The translations under genes were made by a program, and so were the position numbers. The notes below the pieces were generated by a model that ran no database searches, was not told the DNA's origin, and worked only from the letters and a program-made list of their open reading frames with translations. A stretch of 63,441 nucleotides of DNA, filler included, from Licmophora abbreviata (Eukaryota): the NCBI GenBank assembly GCA_900291995.1. It is 9 parts of 9 records of this genome, joined end to end, with 100 filler letters (N's around TTAATTAATTAA, not from the genome) between each part and the next. Parts side by side here need not be neighbours in the genome. Positions count along the whole stretch, not along the records: positions 1 to 12,952 come from OLMU01002945.1; 8 more parts are not named here. One strand, written 5' to 3'. Below are positions 1 to 11,696 of the stretch, in pieces; within the stretch, counting starts at the first letter, position 1; every line of letters begins with the position of its first letter.

Positions 1-162
1 ACTGCGAAACAGAACGATGGCAGCGCCCTCTCGACACTATCTCGGCACATCATCGATCCACGAGCGGCATGGTCTTTTTTTTTTGAAATGAGAACCGCGC
101 GCGCTTAGTGCGCGACGATAGTGGCGCATGTCTCTTGTTATGCTCACGCGTGTGATGACCAT

Positions 163-186
163 GACGACGACGACGACGACGACGAC
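163..186 (+). repeat. (GAC)8 microsatellite upstream of the dehydrogenase gene
   Basis: Eight consecutive GAC units read directly from the sequence. Confidence 0.9.
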
Positions 187-298
187 GCACAGATTGATTG
201 TCAAGATCGACGCGTGTATATAGTCTAGCCAACAATAACGGACTGTATTTTGATATCGGGCCTCCTTATATATCCAGCCGTGTACCAGCAATTAGAGA

Positions 299-1516
299 AT
301 GCCGCCCGCTGTTGCTCTTACTTCTACTGACGACGAGGACACGATGCTGGCCTTTGTCGTTCATCCCAAGGGCGGGGGGAGCGTCGAGCGTGTCGAAAGG
401 CCATCCGTGCTGCCCGCCAACTCCTGTTTGATTCGAGTGTTGCGTGCTGGAGTTTGCAATACCGACTTGGAAATTCTTCAAGGATACATGGGATTCCAAG
501 GTATCTTGGGACATGAATTTGTGGGAATCGTCGAGCGTGTGAATTGTACTACGAGTAGTGCTGCTGCTGATGATGACACGCAACAGCAAGAGTGGGTGGG
601 AAAGCGGGTCTGTGGTGACATCAACGTGGGCTGTGCCTCGTGCAATGTATGTACGAACCAGGGGGACATGGATTCGTCGTGTTGTCAGATGTCTCGGAAT
701 CACTGTCCCAATCGAACCGTGCTGGGCATTCTGAATCACTCTGGTACCATGGCCGAGTACTTGACCTTGCCCATTTCGAACCTACACGTCGTGCCGGAAC
801 ACGTATCGGATGAGGTTGCCGTCTTTGCGGAGCCGCTCGCTGCGGCATGTCGGATCGTCGAGCAGAATCTGATTCAGTACAATGCGGAACGACCCGATCG
901 AGTGGCGATTCTGGGAGATGGAAAGTTGGGACTAATGATTGCCGAAGTACTCGGGAGAGAGTATGCCAAGCACTTTACCGATGCGGCGATGAGTCCAATG
1001 AGGAGTGATGCACGTCCTGTTCTCTTTGGAAAGCATCAGCACAAGCTAGACCTCGTCCAGGAAAGTGGAGTCATCGGAAAATTTGTTTCGGAATGTGAGG
1101 ACGAGACGGCCTTTGGTGGCGTGGCAGCAGCACATGCCAGCAAGTACGATGTCGTCGTGGATGCGACGGGCAGTCCCGCTGGCCTATCCTTGGCGGCGGG
1201 TCTATGCCGTCCCATGGGCACTGTTGTACTCAAGAGCACGTGCGCGGCCGGAGAAAAGTTCAATGCGGCACCCTTTGTCATTGATGAACTAAAAGTCATT
1301 GGCAGTCGGTGCGGACCCATCGACAAGGCGCTGACGTTGCTGGCTTTGCCAGCGATGAATGAGAAGAACATGGGGTCTGTCAATGCCAGCCAGATGCCGC
1401 TTCGCGTCGAAAAGTACATCACCGAGACCTTCCCGCTCACTAGAGCCGACGAGGCGATCCAGTGTGCCGCGGAAAAGTCCACCATGAAAGTCCAAATCAT
1501 TTGTTCGGATCGCTAA
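299..1516 (+). CDS. Zinc-dependent medium-chain dehydrogenase/reductase (alcohol/threonine dehydrogenase-like), intronless
   Basis: GVCNTD catalytic Zn Cys, GHEFVG motif, structural Zn cluster CASCNVC...C, Rossmann GDGKLG, VDATG and GSRCGP. Confidence 0.9.
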   Translation: MPPAVALTSTDDEDTMLAFVVHPKGGGSVERVERPSVLPANSCLIRVLRAGVCNTDLEILQGYMGFQGILGHEFVGIVERVNCTTSSAAADDDTQQQEWVGKRVCGDINVGCASCNVCTNQGDMDSSCCQMSRNHCPNRTVLGILNHSGTMAEYLTLPISNLHVVPEHVSDEVAVFAEPLAAACRIVEQNLIQYNAERPDRVAILGDGKLGLMIAEVLGREYAKHFTDAAMSPMRSDARPVLFGKHQHKLDLVQESGVIGKFVSECEDETAFGGVAAAHASKYDVVVDATGSPAGLSLAAGLCRPMGTVVLKSTCAAGEKFNAAPFVIDELKVIGSRCGPIDKALTLLALPAMNEKNMGSVNASQMPLRVEKYITETFPLTRADEAIQCAAEKSTMKVQIICSDR

Positions 1517-1567
1517 GCAACCGATTTTAAAAGAAAAAAAAACACAATCTATAGAGTAGACCACTCG

Positions 1568-3355
1568 CTAGCTTATTCGCCGTAGACGAGCTACAAAGAA
1601 TCCATCGCAGGAACTTAGGACGCCTGGGAGGGACCCTGGGAGTATTCGCAACCATCCATTTTCGTCAATTGCATCGTCGAACCCAGGTATTTCGCCCGGT
1701 TCGAAGCGTATTGTTTCCAGAGTTGCTTCGCCACTGACGCCGCGTCGATCTAGAAGCGTTTGCACTTGATCTTCACTCTCTCGCTTGAGAACGGAGCACG
1801 TGGCGTATACCATAATTCCACCGGGCGATAGGATCGTATCCGCACAGTGAGCAGCCAGTTTCTCCTGTACCTCAAGCAGGTTTCCCAAGTTCTCCTCTCG
1901 TCGCAACACGTCGGGTCTCTTGCTACCCGTTCCAGTAGCCGAACACGGTACGTCCACCAAAATGCCCCCCACCGATGATGACGGCACCCACTCAGACCCG
2001 TCCGCGACAACCACCTCACACCGACCTTGCATTTCCAGTCGTTCCAGATTCTCCACGAGTCGTCGACTTCGTCTCGCATTCATCTCGACAGCCGTCACAC
2101 GGCCAAAGCCCAACGAAACGAGCTGGGCGGTCTTACCCCCGGGAGCCGCACACATGTCTACCACGTGCGTTTGACCAGCAGTATCGTCATGACTTTTCAA
2201 TGCACTGTACAATGCCAAAGCTGGTAACGCTGCGGATGCATCTTGAACCCACCATGCTCCTTCTCGGTACAGTGGCCATTCACTCACGGCCCCCGTCATA
2301 TTTCGTACACGGATGGATCCGTGGGGGAGCATCGTAGTGTGGTCACCACCGAACGCCTCCTGTACATGTTCCAAGGCGTGCTGTCTCTCGTCTTCACTGT
2401 GACAGTCCACTGGGTAATTCACCGAGAGATCAATGCAGCCTTGTTTCATGAAACTCTCCGACATGCGTTCTGCCGCAGAGTCGCCCCAATCTTGTCTCCA
2501 TGCCTGCAACAACCACGGCGCGATATTGTCTCCCGCAGCCGTGTGCTCCTCCATCATCTCCTTCCCTTCACGACCGATCCGTCGCAGTACAGCATTGACG
2601 TATTTGATTTTTGGTTCACTGAGTGAGATGCGATTCGAGTGAGGAAGCTTGAGTGGTACAGTAAACATCAATGAGACGTAGCTTGTAGCTGACGTGACTC
2701 TACTACTCACGATATTCGACAGTCTGGAATCTCCCACAAGACCTGAACGGTTTCCTTGACTGCCACATATTCCTTGGTATCCAAAAATAGCAGCTGTGCT
2801 GCTCCTAGGCGAAGGCAAGCTTGTACGTATGCGTCATCTCTCCGCCGTGCTCTTCGATTTGCCCGCTGACCATGAGAGACGCGCAGTTAGAACAAAATGC
2901 GCTCAATAGCATACACCATGCCAAACGCTTACCTTCTGCTTGCTCGTCCCGGTCTGGCACAACTGTATGACCTTGGTGATCTGTCCCATGCGACGTTCGA
3001 CGGTCGTCACAAGCAATCGCGCCAACGCGCGATCGCGGTGGTCTGGCAGCGATCGAAATTTCGGATCCGACTCCAAGATTTGAAGAGAGAAGTTGTTCTT
3101 GGTGGAGGCAGCCAGAGCGTTGGCGGCTACTGAGCGCGGTGTCGGTGCATTGGAAGAAGAAGACGGGGTAGCGTCGTCTGTACGAGGTACAGTGGCCCAG
3201 CAGCGTGATCGAGCAATGACTGGGTCCGTTGATGGCGACGATCTACGATGTACATCACTTCTTGCACTTATTCCAAAAGCAACAGCATAACAGAAGATCG
3301 TACTCAGCAGTAGAAGCACCAGTGATCCTCGACGCAATAAGCATTGGACGATCAT
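1568..3355 (-). CDS. rsmB: RsmB/Sun (NOL1/NOP2) rRNA m5C methyltransferase with NusB-like N-domain, probably plastid-targeted; about 3 exons
   Basis: WWVQD, DMCAAPGGKT, DVPCSATG, YATCS and DGFF motifs. Exon 2 (after intron 2932-2866) reads LRLGAAQLLFLDT..AVKETV, typical of the NusB-like domain. The N-terminus is a signal peptide followed by AVA-F. One base appears to be missing near 2733-2735. Confidence 0.88.
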
Positions 3356-3789
3356 ACTACGATCTCGTCAAGCCTCGCTGCCAGCGGGAGAATGAAGATC
3401 GCGGCGCACATCAGATCGACAGGCATCATCCATCGCGTGATGGCTCTCTCGATCGTTTTCAGATAATAGGGATGGCGGGAAAGGGGGTGCCATTTTCCAA
3501 TGCAAGACTGATGTCGCAGCGACATTTTGGGCTGTGACGCCAGCAGGACAGCTGGCTGAGCAGAAGAAGATGATGTTTTAGGCGTTAAATATGTATATTG
3601 AAGATTTAAGTAATAATGGTGTATGATAAGCTTCAGCTCTGAAGATTGTTTCAAACCATGCTCATGCATCATCCCCAAACGCAAAACTGACAAAAGCGCT
3701 TCAACTGCAAATCTCGTCAACGCGAACTGATCATTCCATCACTTTTCGCAGTTGAGAAACATTTCTTTCCGGGAACGGCATCAACAACA

Positions 3790-4155
3790 ATGGCACCCAA
3801 CGCTAAAGCAACACCCTCCTCCTCGTCTGATCCCATGACGGATCTATCAGTGCACTACGCTGAGATTATGGAGAGCTGCCGTGACTTCTACTCACTGTCT
3901 GGAGCACCGTCACATTCCTCGTCGACTGTCAGTAGTGACATGGCCAGAACTTCACCATTCCAAATCGCCCCGAGACTGGACGATGTCATCAAGCCCAATG
4001 TCCCACGTCGACCAAGTGAGAACAGTGTCATTTCGAGGATCAAGTCGGCAGGGACGGTACGTACGATGGTGCTGCCTCACTTGAGTTTGGATTCCTGCGT
4101 GCTCACAAACTATATCTCTTTTTCGCTCTTGACAGCCCGAACCCGACCAAGAGTG
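3790..4155 (+). CDS. Small Ser/Pro-rich hypothetical protein, probably 2 exons
   Basis: ATG in caacaacaATG context. A candidate intron gtacgt...ttgacag would give a C-terminus PEPDQE*. No recognisable domain. Confidence 0.35.
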
Positions 4156-4566
4156 ACCACCTCCCAGAATGAGTGTGTGTATGTGCCTGTACACTAGACG
4201 AGGGAGAATCGCTTCGAATTACGAATCCATTTACTAGATATATATGAAAAGGAGACGACACAATTTTGGTACCGCACACGCTGTCAAGTCGATGATAAGC
4301 CGCACCGCGGCGACATGATACCACATATGGAACAAGCAATAAAGAAAGGGGTCGTGCTCCGTATCTTCATCCATGATACTGTAGTTCCTATCATAGTTTA
4401 GACCGTTCTTTGCGTCGTAGTGTGACTGTGATCGCGATTGCGCCCTCTCGACGAGAGATCGAGCTCGCGCGCGCCGCGTGCATGACGACATCACCGACGA
4501 TGGCAACCAACTATGATGTCGCCTGTCCATTCCATTGTCTCACTTCCTCCATTGCCATAGAAAACG

Positions 4567-7500
4567 ATGTCGCTCACTGCCACGAAAGTCCTGCTTGTGG
4601 AAGTGGCGTTATCATCGATTATTTCAGCATGTATCCTCGTCTTGGGGGGCGGTCTGTTTCTGGTACCCTCCCTTGTGTTGCGCGAGGCCTTCTCGTCATG
4701 CCACGATGGTACCGACGATATATCCATTTTGGAGGTTATGCTCTGTCGGATATTGGGAAGTGCTCTGATTGCCATGGGTTTATCGTCAGCCATGATAGTT
4801 TTCTGTATGGGCAATACTGACGACGGCAGATCCTCATATTGGGCGTACCGCGTATCGCTGTCCACGCAAGCCGCGACAGGCTTGATGCTCGTGCTCGCCG
4901 GACTCTGCAACGATCGATCCTTGTATCACGAGGAGAAACAAAATCGAAACGAGAACCGATGTACTGGAGCTCAGTTGGAATGGATGCTTGGGATCGGGGC
5001 TTCCTTCTTCGTACTTGCCTGCGTCGGATTGATGGCCTCTTGGTTGCCCTCCGCATATTCGTCTTCTGGTCAAGAAGAAAGAGATGAAGAGTATAGATCG
5101 ACTGGACTCTGTTGCTCGAGACGTCAGAGGAGACTATCTCGTGAATTCGACAACGATTTAGAAGAGCCTCTCTTGTCGTCCCCTCAGATGCCGAGTCCGC
5201 GAGACGATAGCAACGCCTGTGACGCAGCGCCCGACACGATCGGTGTCGATATCGAACCCACCGCAACAGAGACCTCTCGCCTTCGTGGAACACGACGACT
5301 TGTCAAACTCGCTGCGCCTCAAGTCTTTTACCTATACGTTGGCTGCGCGGTCCTCTTGGTGCGCCTGCCATTTAGTTTGAGCATTCCCCATTTCATCAGC
5401 ACGACGCTCGGTGCCTTGGCGCGAGGTGACTACAGTGGCGCACGAACGGAAATTCTGCTCCTCTTTTGTTTGGGCACCATTGATGCCGCGCTGGACTTTT
5501 GGTGTGTCTTCTTGTTTGGGTACGCCAAGGAGCGTATAGTGAGAGGAGTACGAATCGATACATTTGCTTCGATACTCAGACAAGAAGTTTGCTTCTTTGA
5601 CAAACATACATCTGGAGAGCTCTCCTCTCGATTAACGTCTGACTGTGGGGAAATGGCCGGAGGTATGTCCGCACAAGAAATCGTTCGTGACTGCTATGTG
5701 GGGAGGATATCTCACGTTGTCGCCACCGGTATGCGCAAATGGTACTTTCAGATCTGACATGGTTCTTTCGCTTCAGTATCGAATCGGTCGTTCGCATATC
5801 TGGAATAACCATGTACATGCTATTTCGGAGTCCTCTCCTTGGAGGATGTGCTCTGTCCATAGTACCCATTGTTGCAATTGTGAACAAGAAGTATGGAGAC
5901 TGGCTTCGAAACAACGCCATTGCAGTACAAACAGCGCTCGCGGAGGCGAATTCGGTCGCTCAAGAAGCGTTTGCATGTATACGAACAGTTATTTCCTTTG
6001 CAGCGGAGGATTTCGAGTATAACAAGTACACGGAAAAGATTGATTGCCAGTACGATCTCAATATTCGACAGGTGAGCTACGCTCGAAGTGGTTTTTGGCG
6101 ATTGATAGCAATACGATCGAGATGAGAAAAGGTTGTCTCACGTTCAGTTCTTCCCAATACTCCTGTCATTTGCAGTTGTACATGAGCGGCGTTTACTTCA
6201 TGGTCATATCAACGTTTTTGATCAATACATGCGTGCAGGCCGCTTTGCTTCTTGTCGGCACTTCGCTGATTGAGCATGGGAAGCTGACGCCAGAGATTCT
6301 ATTGGCTTTCATGCTCTATCAGGGACAGCTACAGGTACGCCGAATGCACTGTCTTCTTCCGACACTCGCTCGTGGCTCAATATCCTCACTCTCGCCTCAT
6401 TCTATGGTAGAACGAAACATTGAACCTCTTCAACTCATATTCTTCGCTACTCAAGAGTTCAGGGGCTGGCGATAAGGTTTTTGCCCTGCTAGACCGACAG
6501 CCTCCGGCCCCAGGCACGGGCAGTCGTGAAGTGATCACTACTAGCATTGCCCGTGAGCCGGAAGACAATGAACGCACGACAGAAGAGACAAGCGGCGGTC
6601 CCATGTACGACAGCGATCAATATGCCCATTCAAGCGTAACGCTACAGAAGGTCGACTTTGTGTACCCGGCGCGGTCGTCGCACAAGGTACTGGATGCATT
6701 CGACCTTGTCATTCCAGCAGGGTCGACCGTAGCTCTTGTCGGCTCGTCGGGCTGCGGTAAGAGCACTGTAGTCAGCCTCCTTCAACGTTTTTTTGACCCC
6801 ATAGCTGGACATGTGATGGTGGACGGTGTTGATCTGCGATCACTGGACATCAACTCTCACAGGTACGGGCTTTTCATTTGGACTTATTGCAAAGCAGCCA
6901 CGGGTGCCTACGTAAACGTTGCAATGGCCTCGTCCTTACACCGATACTATTGTTGCAACGTATTGTAGACGTAGAGTTGGAGCCGTCACGCAAGATCCTA
7001 TCTTGTTTTCAGGTACGATCTTATCGAACATCACCTATGGTTCTCCCGCTGCTACACGAGAAGAAGCAATTTTAGCTGCACAACTTGCCAATGCCCATTC
7101 ATTTGTCTCGTCGTTTCCGGAGGGATACGAGACACAAGTCGGCGAGCGAGGTGTGCAGCTCAGTGGAGGACAACGTCAACGTTTGTGCATTGCACGTGCC
7201 ATTGTTAAGAAACCTTCCCTCTTACTATTGGACGAGGCGACATCTGCGTTGGATGCAGGTATGACGCTCCTTGGGGTGGCCTACGCGGATCGTTTTACGG
7301 TAGTACTTCGACTGGTTATCTCACATTTGCTATCGTTCCTGTGCGTGTCTATTCCAAGAGTCTGAGCACGTCGTACAGGAAGCATTGGATCGTCTCTTGA
7401 ACGCCAACAAAGGCCTCACTACGGTCGTGGTGGCCCATCGGCTTCGCACAGTACGCAACGCCGACAGAATCGCATTCCTGCATGGCGGCCGCGTAGTCGA

Positions 7501-7597
7501 ACAGGGAACGCACGAGGAGCTTATGCGACTACCGGAGGGACGATACCAGCGCATGGTCCAGCGTGCAGACAAACATGGGCATTTGCCAGACTCGTAG
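4567..7597 (+). CDS. ABCB half transporter (TAP/ABCB9-like) with extra N-terminal membrane domain; 6 exons
   Basis: Exons about 4567-5662, 5752-6071, 6176-6334, 6411-6862, 6969-7258 and 7359-7597 join in frame via GT-AG introns. Motifs: FFD..SGEL.SRL, Walker A GSSGCGKS, signature [19 protein letters not shown] and the VAHRL H-loop. Confidence 0.92.
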
Positions 7598-7716
7598 TAC
7601 AAGTCATGCACCAACACAGAACTCACGACGGCATCATCCGAAACGGCGCAGTAGAGTCGACTTATGGTATTTGTTGCTAGACTAAACGAATAATTGGTTA
7701 TCGCGATTCTCTCACT

Positions 7717-9033
7717 TCAGTGCGTTGTCGTAGGCGGATGGAAAGTATTGAGGCCCGTATGTGAATCGAGATTGGCTTCATCAACTCCCAACACTTGCGG
7801 ACCTGGGCCACTCTTGGTGTAGTAAAACTTCTTCACGTCGCCGACAGTCGGGAGACGTCCCGTCTTATCCGTCGCTTCCAACAAGGCTGGATCCAATGTG
7901 TACGATGCAATCTGCTTAGCATATGCAGGATTGTTGATATAGTTATCAGTACCACTGGATGTTGTTTTTACCGCCGGATAGTAATGCTGCATGAGCGCAC
8001 CGAGTTCCACCGCGTACTCATCCAGCGTGTACAAGACGGCATTGGGACCTGCATCAAAGGTATAGGCCGCACGAATACTGCCCCCATGATAGTGATTCAA
8101 GGCATGCACCAACTTGATAATACTGCGACTGACATCATTCATATAAAAGATGGGAGGGTAGGTATCGAGACAGGTGGCATGGAATTGATTCGAATCCTGC
8201 ATGGTGACTTTCCCAAAGGCATCAAAGTCCTTCTCGAGAAAGGCTCGTTCGATGAGTGTCATTCGTTTCGGCACAATGTCGGTGGCGCGATGCGCCAAGA
8301 GTTCGGAGGTGGCAACTGACGTACTCATTCCCGCCGTACTGGACGTATCCTTCTTGAGATCCGACACGACGAGAATCAAGGCCCGCAAATTGGGCCAGTG
8401 ATGTTCGGACGCCACCTGCTGGGCCATGCTGTACTTCCAGTCACCGGCGTCGCCCGGCGATCCCATTCGCCAAGCCACAAAGCCTCCATAGAGAGACCGA
8501 CAGGCAGATCCACTGCCCTGACGAGCAATCGTCGAAAGTTCTCCCTCGTAGGTTTCCTTGGCATGAAAGAGCTCTGCCAATGCCGCCACGAGTGCAGCGT
8601 ATCCGGCCGCACTGCTGGCCAAGCCTGCGGCAGTCGGAAAGGTATTGTAGCTACTGACGTGCACCTTCATTGCCTGCAAGTCTTCCTTCTTGACTAGTAT
8701 ACTCGTCCCATCTGCATCCTGCACTACCTTGTCTGTCGCCAATCGCTTGACTCCGTCGACACATGCTCGAAAGCGTTTGCTCGTTGCCGCGTCTTCTTCT
8801 TCCAGTCCGTTCAGCCAGAGCCTATCAGTGACGAACTGAGCACTCACAGCAGCCGTGGTGACGGCCTTCAAGTCTGCTTGATCCAATGTGACACTGACAG
8901 AAGAGTTTATGGGAGTGTTGTAATGAGCGTCGGCCTTGCCCCAGTACTTGATGCACGCAATGTTGGTCGGGGCCGACACTGTGGCCATGTGAATTGTCGC
9001 CTTTTTGGAAGACGATGGTGAGTCAGACATCAT
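7717..9033 (-). CDS. MVD: Diphosphomevalonate decarboxylase (mevalonate pathway)
   Basis: PTNIACIKYWGK, NTFPTAAGLASSAAG, RQGSGSACRS, DSNQFHATCLDTYPPIFY and AYTFDAGPN. Confidence 0.97.
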   Translation of the reverse strand: MMSDSPSSSKKATIHMATVSAPTNIACIKYWGKADAHYNTPINSSVSVTLDQADLKAVTTAAVSAQFVTDRLWLNGLEEEDAATSKRFRACVDGVKRLATDKVVQDADGTSILVKKEDLQAMKVHVSSYNTFPTAAGLASSAAGYAALVAALAELFHAKETYEGELSTIARQGSGSACRSLYGGFVAWRMGSPGDAGDWKYSMAQQVASEHHWPNLRALILVVSDLKKDTSSTAGMSTSVATSELLAHRATDIVPKRMTLIERAFLEKDFDAFGKVTMQDSNQFHATCLDTYPPIFYMNDVSRSIIKLVHALNHYHGGSIRAAYTFDAGPNAVLYTLDEYAVELGALMQHYYPAVKTTSSGTDNYINNPAYAKQIASYTLDPALLEATDKTGRLPTVGDVKKFYYTKSGPGPQVLGVDEANLDSHTGLNTFHPPTTTH

Positions 9034-9378
9034 GTATGTGTTGTTTGAAAAGGAGAATCAATCAGAAACAAAGCCAAACGATGCAGCGACTAGGAATAAG
9101 AAGTGGTAGCAACAGCAGCCACAAGGAGTGAACTGTGGGCCGTTCGCGTCATTGGCGGCGGCAATCCATTTTGTCGCGACGAGAGACACGCACGCGCTTC
9201 GATATGACGCATGACGGACGGTCGCGCCAAATTGGGTCTGGCCTTCGCTGCTACGCTAGTACGTCAGTCTCACGACGACGACGAGATCGCGACATCCGGC
9301 GACCGGCGACGATCACCATTTACGTTGCTTGTATTGTATTTAATCCTCTTCTCCTCTTCACCATCACGCCTCCTCATC

Positions 9379-10308
9379 ATGACACAGGAAAGAGCAACAA
9401 GCAAGGCCCCGTGGCTACTCCAGTTGTGGATAAATCTGTATCGCAAAATCCCCCACGTGTACATTCCTGGAACGCGCCATACCCTTGACATTACCTTCAC
9501 TGCCTTGAGTGCCTTGTTCTTGTACGGAGTCAAGAAAATCGGCGAGTACACATTGATCCATGCCTTTCGGTGGCCCGCAGCACGGGTCACCACCGAAGCG
9601 GCCGGCAGCATCGCAGCAATCTGTCATTCTTCCTTGCTCGTCCCCGCCTTGCTCGTCAGTTTGCGGACCCAACCCTATGTGCCATCGGCCAAGATGAGCG
9701 ACGCACCGCTCTGGTGGCAGCAGGCAGTCACGGCGCTTTTGCAATTCTGTACTGGATATATGCTCTACGATGGTCTGGTCAATATCATTTGGTTCAATCG
9801 ACGACCTGACGATGGATCTTTCGACTTGTCGGCCAGTGACTATATGTTTCTTGGGCATCATTTTGCCACAGCATTTTACATGTCCTCGACGCGTTTACTT
9901 GGTGCGGGACATATTTCTGCACTCATTTGCATGTGTGTCGGTGAAGCGACCAATCCACTCCACAATAGCTTTACGATTGCACAGCATGCCAAGACCATAG
10001 GAGACTACTGTTGCAACGGACCCTTTGCACAGCAACTTACCTTTTGGATTGAAGTGGCCTTTGCATCCATGTATGTCCTATTTCGTGTCGTTATTGGACC
10101 CATTGCTTTGTTGCATGTGACGTACGATCTAAATATCACTCCTCGGGGACGAACCAACATTCCCATTGCCTTGCGCGTCATCTTTACGCTCATGATTTGG
10201 GGAGTCGTCTTTGGGAGTGTACCATGGATCCAAGAGTGTATTGAAATGTTGAAGGAACATGTGGGTGGAGAGTTTGTCCGAGAATCATTGCATGCTCCAG
10301 AATTGTAA
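9379..10308 (+). CDS. TLC (TRAM/LAG1/CLN8) domain membrane protein
   Basis: Multiple TM segments with GYMLYD, FLGHH, GEATNP.HN and F..FR.VIGP patterns. Start taken at MTQERA; an upstream in-frame ATG exists at 9211. Confidence 0.78.
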   Translation: MTQERATSKAPWLLQLWINLYRKIPHVYIPGTRHTLDITFTALSALFLYGVKKIGEYTLIHAFRWPAARVTTEAAGSIAAICHSSLLVPALLVSLRTQPYVPSAKMSDAPLWWQQAVTALLQFCTGYMLYDGLVNIIWFNRRPDDGSFDLSASDYMFLGHHFATAFYMSSTRLLGAGHISALICMCVGEATNPLHNSFTIAQHAKTIGDYCCNGPFAQQLTFWIEVAFASMYVLFRVVIGPIALLHVTYDLNITPRGRTNIPIALRVIFTLMIWGVVFGSVPWIQECIEMLKEHVGGEFVRESLHAPEL

Positions 10309-10395
10309 TTTATAAGGGGGGTTCTGTTACACGTATGATACTTACTTTCGACTTCTCGCAGTCTGTACATTATTATTATGGTTATACGTCTTACA

Positions 10396-11193
10396 CTAAC
10401 AACCCGTCGCACCCCGATCATGACAAAGGTTTGTAATCCAATGTGTATACTCTCCGACCTCCACTTCCAATGCCTTGGCGACATGATCTATCAACGTCGC
10501 AAAGAAATGAATGTTCTTTACAAAAATGTTGGCATTCTGCATGCGTACAATCCCAGTGCATTTCAAACGTTGTTTGGGGGAATGGTCGCCATTATCATTT
10601 TCCAGGTAAAAGTGTAGCTCCCGGCAACACTTGTTCTGGCCTTGGTCTTTCCAGTCGATGGTAGAACTAGGTTCCGTGGCGAAGGGAATCGGAATAACCG
10701 CACGTTTACTCAATGGTTCATTGCGAAGACAGTCAATGACATTCTGGATCTTTTCTTGCATCTATTAGATAGAGGGGCGGAGAGTGTTGAGTACACATTC
10801 AGTGCTGTGCGAACAATCATCACCAGCCATTACCACTCGTCTACTCACTCCATCTCGATAATCCCCTTGCGCACCTCCTCGCTCTGCCAGCTGCCACTCC
10901 TCCGCTTCTTCGCTCCTATACTCCCACCCCATGTTCTTTTTGGTATAGTATTCCAGCGCTCCTCGAGGAAATAGATCTGTTGTGACAGTACTCGCTTCGA
11001 TACTGATATCCTGAATGACGGCAACAAAGTTCCGAACGACGAATTCACCTCCCGGTTGTGTAATTTTGCGTAGATGCGTATAGAGTTCGGCAGCGGTGGG
11101 AAAATGCGGAAACATGAAATTGAGATTCTTGCAGGCTGCTGATGATTGTGGAGCGGATGGTTTTTGCTCATCTTGTTGATTCGAATATGACAT
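10396..11193 (-). CDS. Divergent stand-alone thymidylate-synthase-fold protein, 2 exons, about 236 aa
   Basis: Phase-0 intron 10848-10762 (GTGAGT...CTAATAG) joins two ORF-track pieces. The core pattern resembles ThyA: VIDCLRNEPLSKRAVI, KCCRELHF, LKCTGIVRMQN, KNIHFF..L..VAKALEVEVGEYTH. Confidence 0.72.
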
Positions 11194-11696
11194 TCTCAGA
11201 AGATTAGTTGGCTGGGTCAGAAAAGAGCGCAAAGGATTCGACGAGAGAGGAGGAAGAGTACAAGCAAGAAGTGTTGCTGCGTAATGCCTGATGTGTTCAT
11301 GCTGTTTGTGTTTGGAAAAGATATCGAAAAAGATCCATCACACAAAAACTGTGATCGACCGACTGGTGGATGACAGACAGACATGCCGAGAGCCACACGG
11401 AGTATTCTGTAGAAATATCCTACATTCAGTAGAATGTCTATAACGTTCAAATTCCAAAAAACGCGTACGTATTCAGGATGGCAGGCTTCTCGATGTAGAA
11501 GTCACGTGACGTCTTTACTGACGGCCCGGCGCGGCATTGGATTGACTCTCGTGGTGTTTTGCATGCTCGGCCAGATTGCAATTTTTTTCTTGAAAACAGA
11601 TTCGACCCGACCATGCTATGCTTTGCGATGGACTGTTGACCCATAAAGTTCTCTGCGTTGAACAGACAGTAGTTCACTGTGCTTCATACCTTCACC

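Noticed and set aside
299..1516. Intronless, bacterial-looking MDR dehydrogenase as a horizontal transfer or contaminant
   Set aside because: It is contiguous with intron-containing genes, and many native genes here are also intronless. This cannot be supported without a phylogeny.
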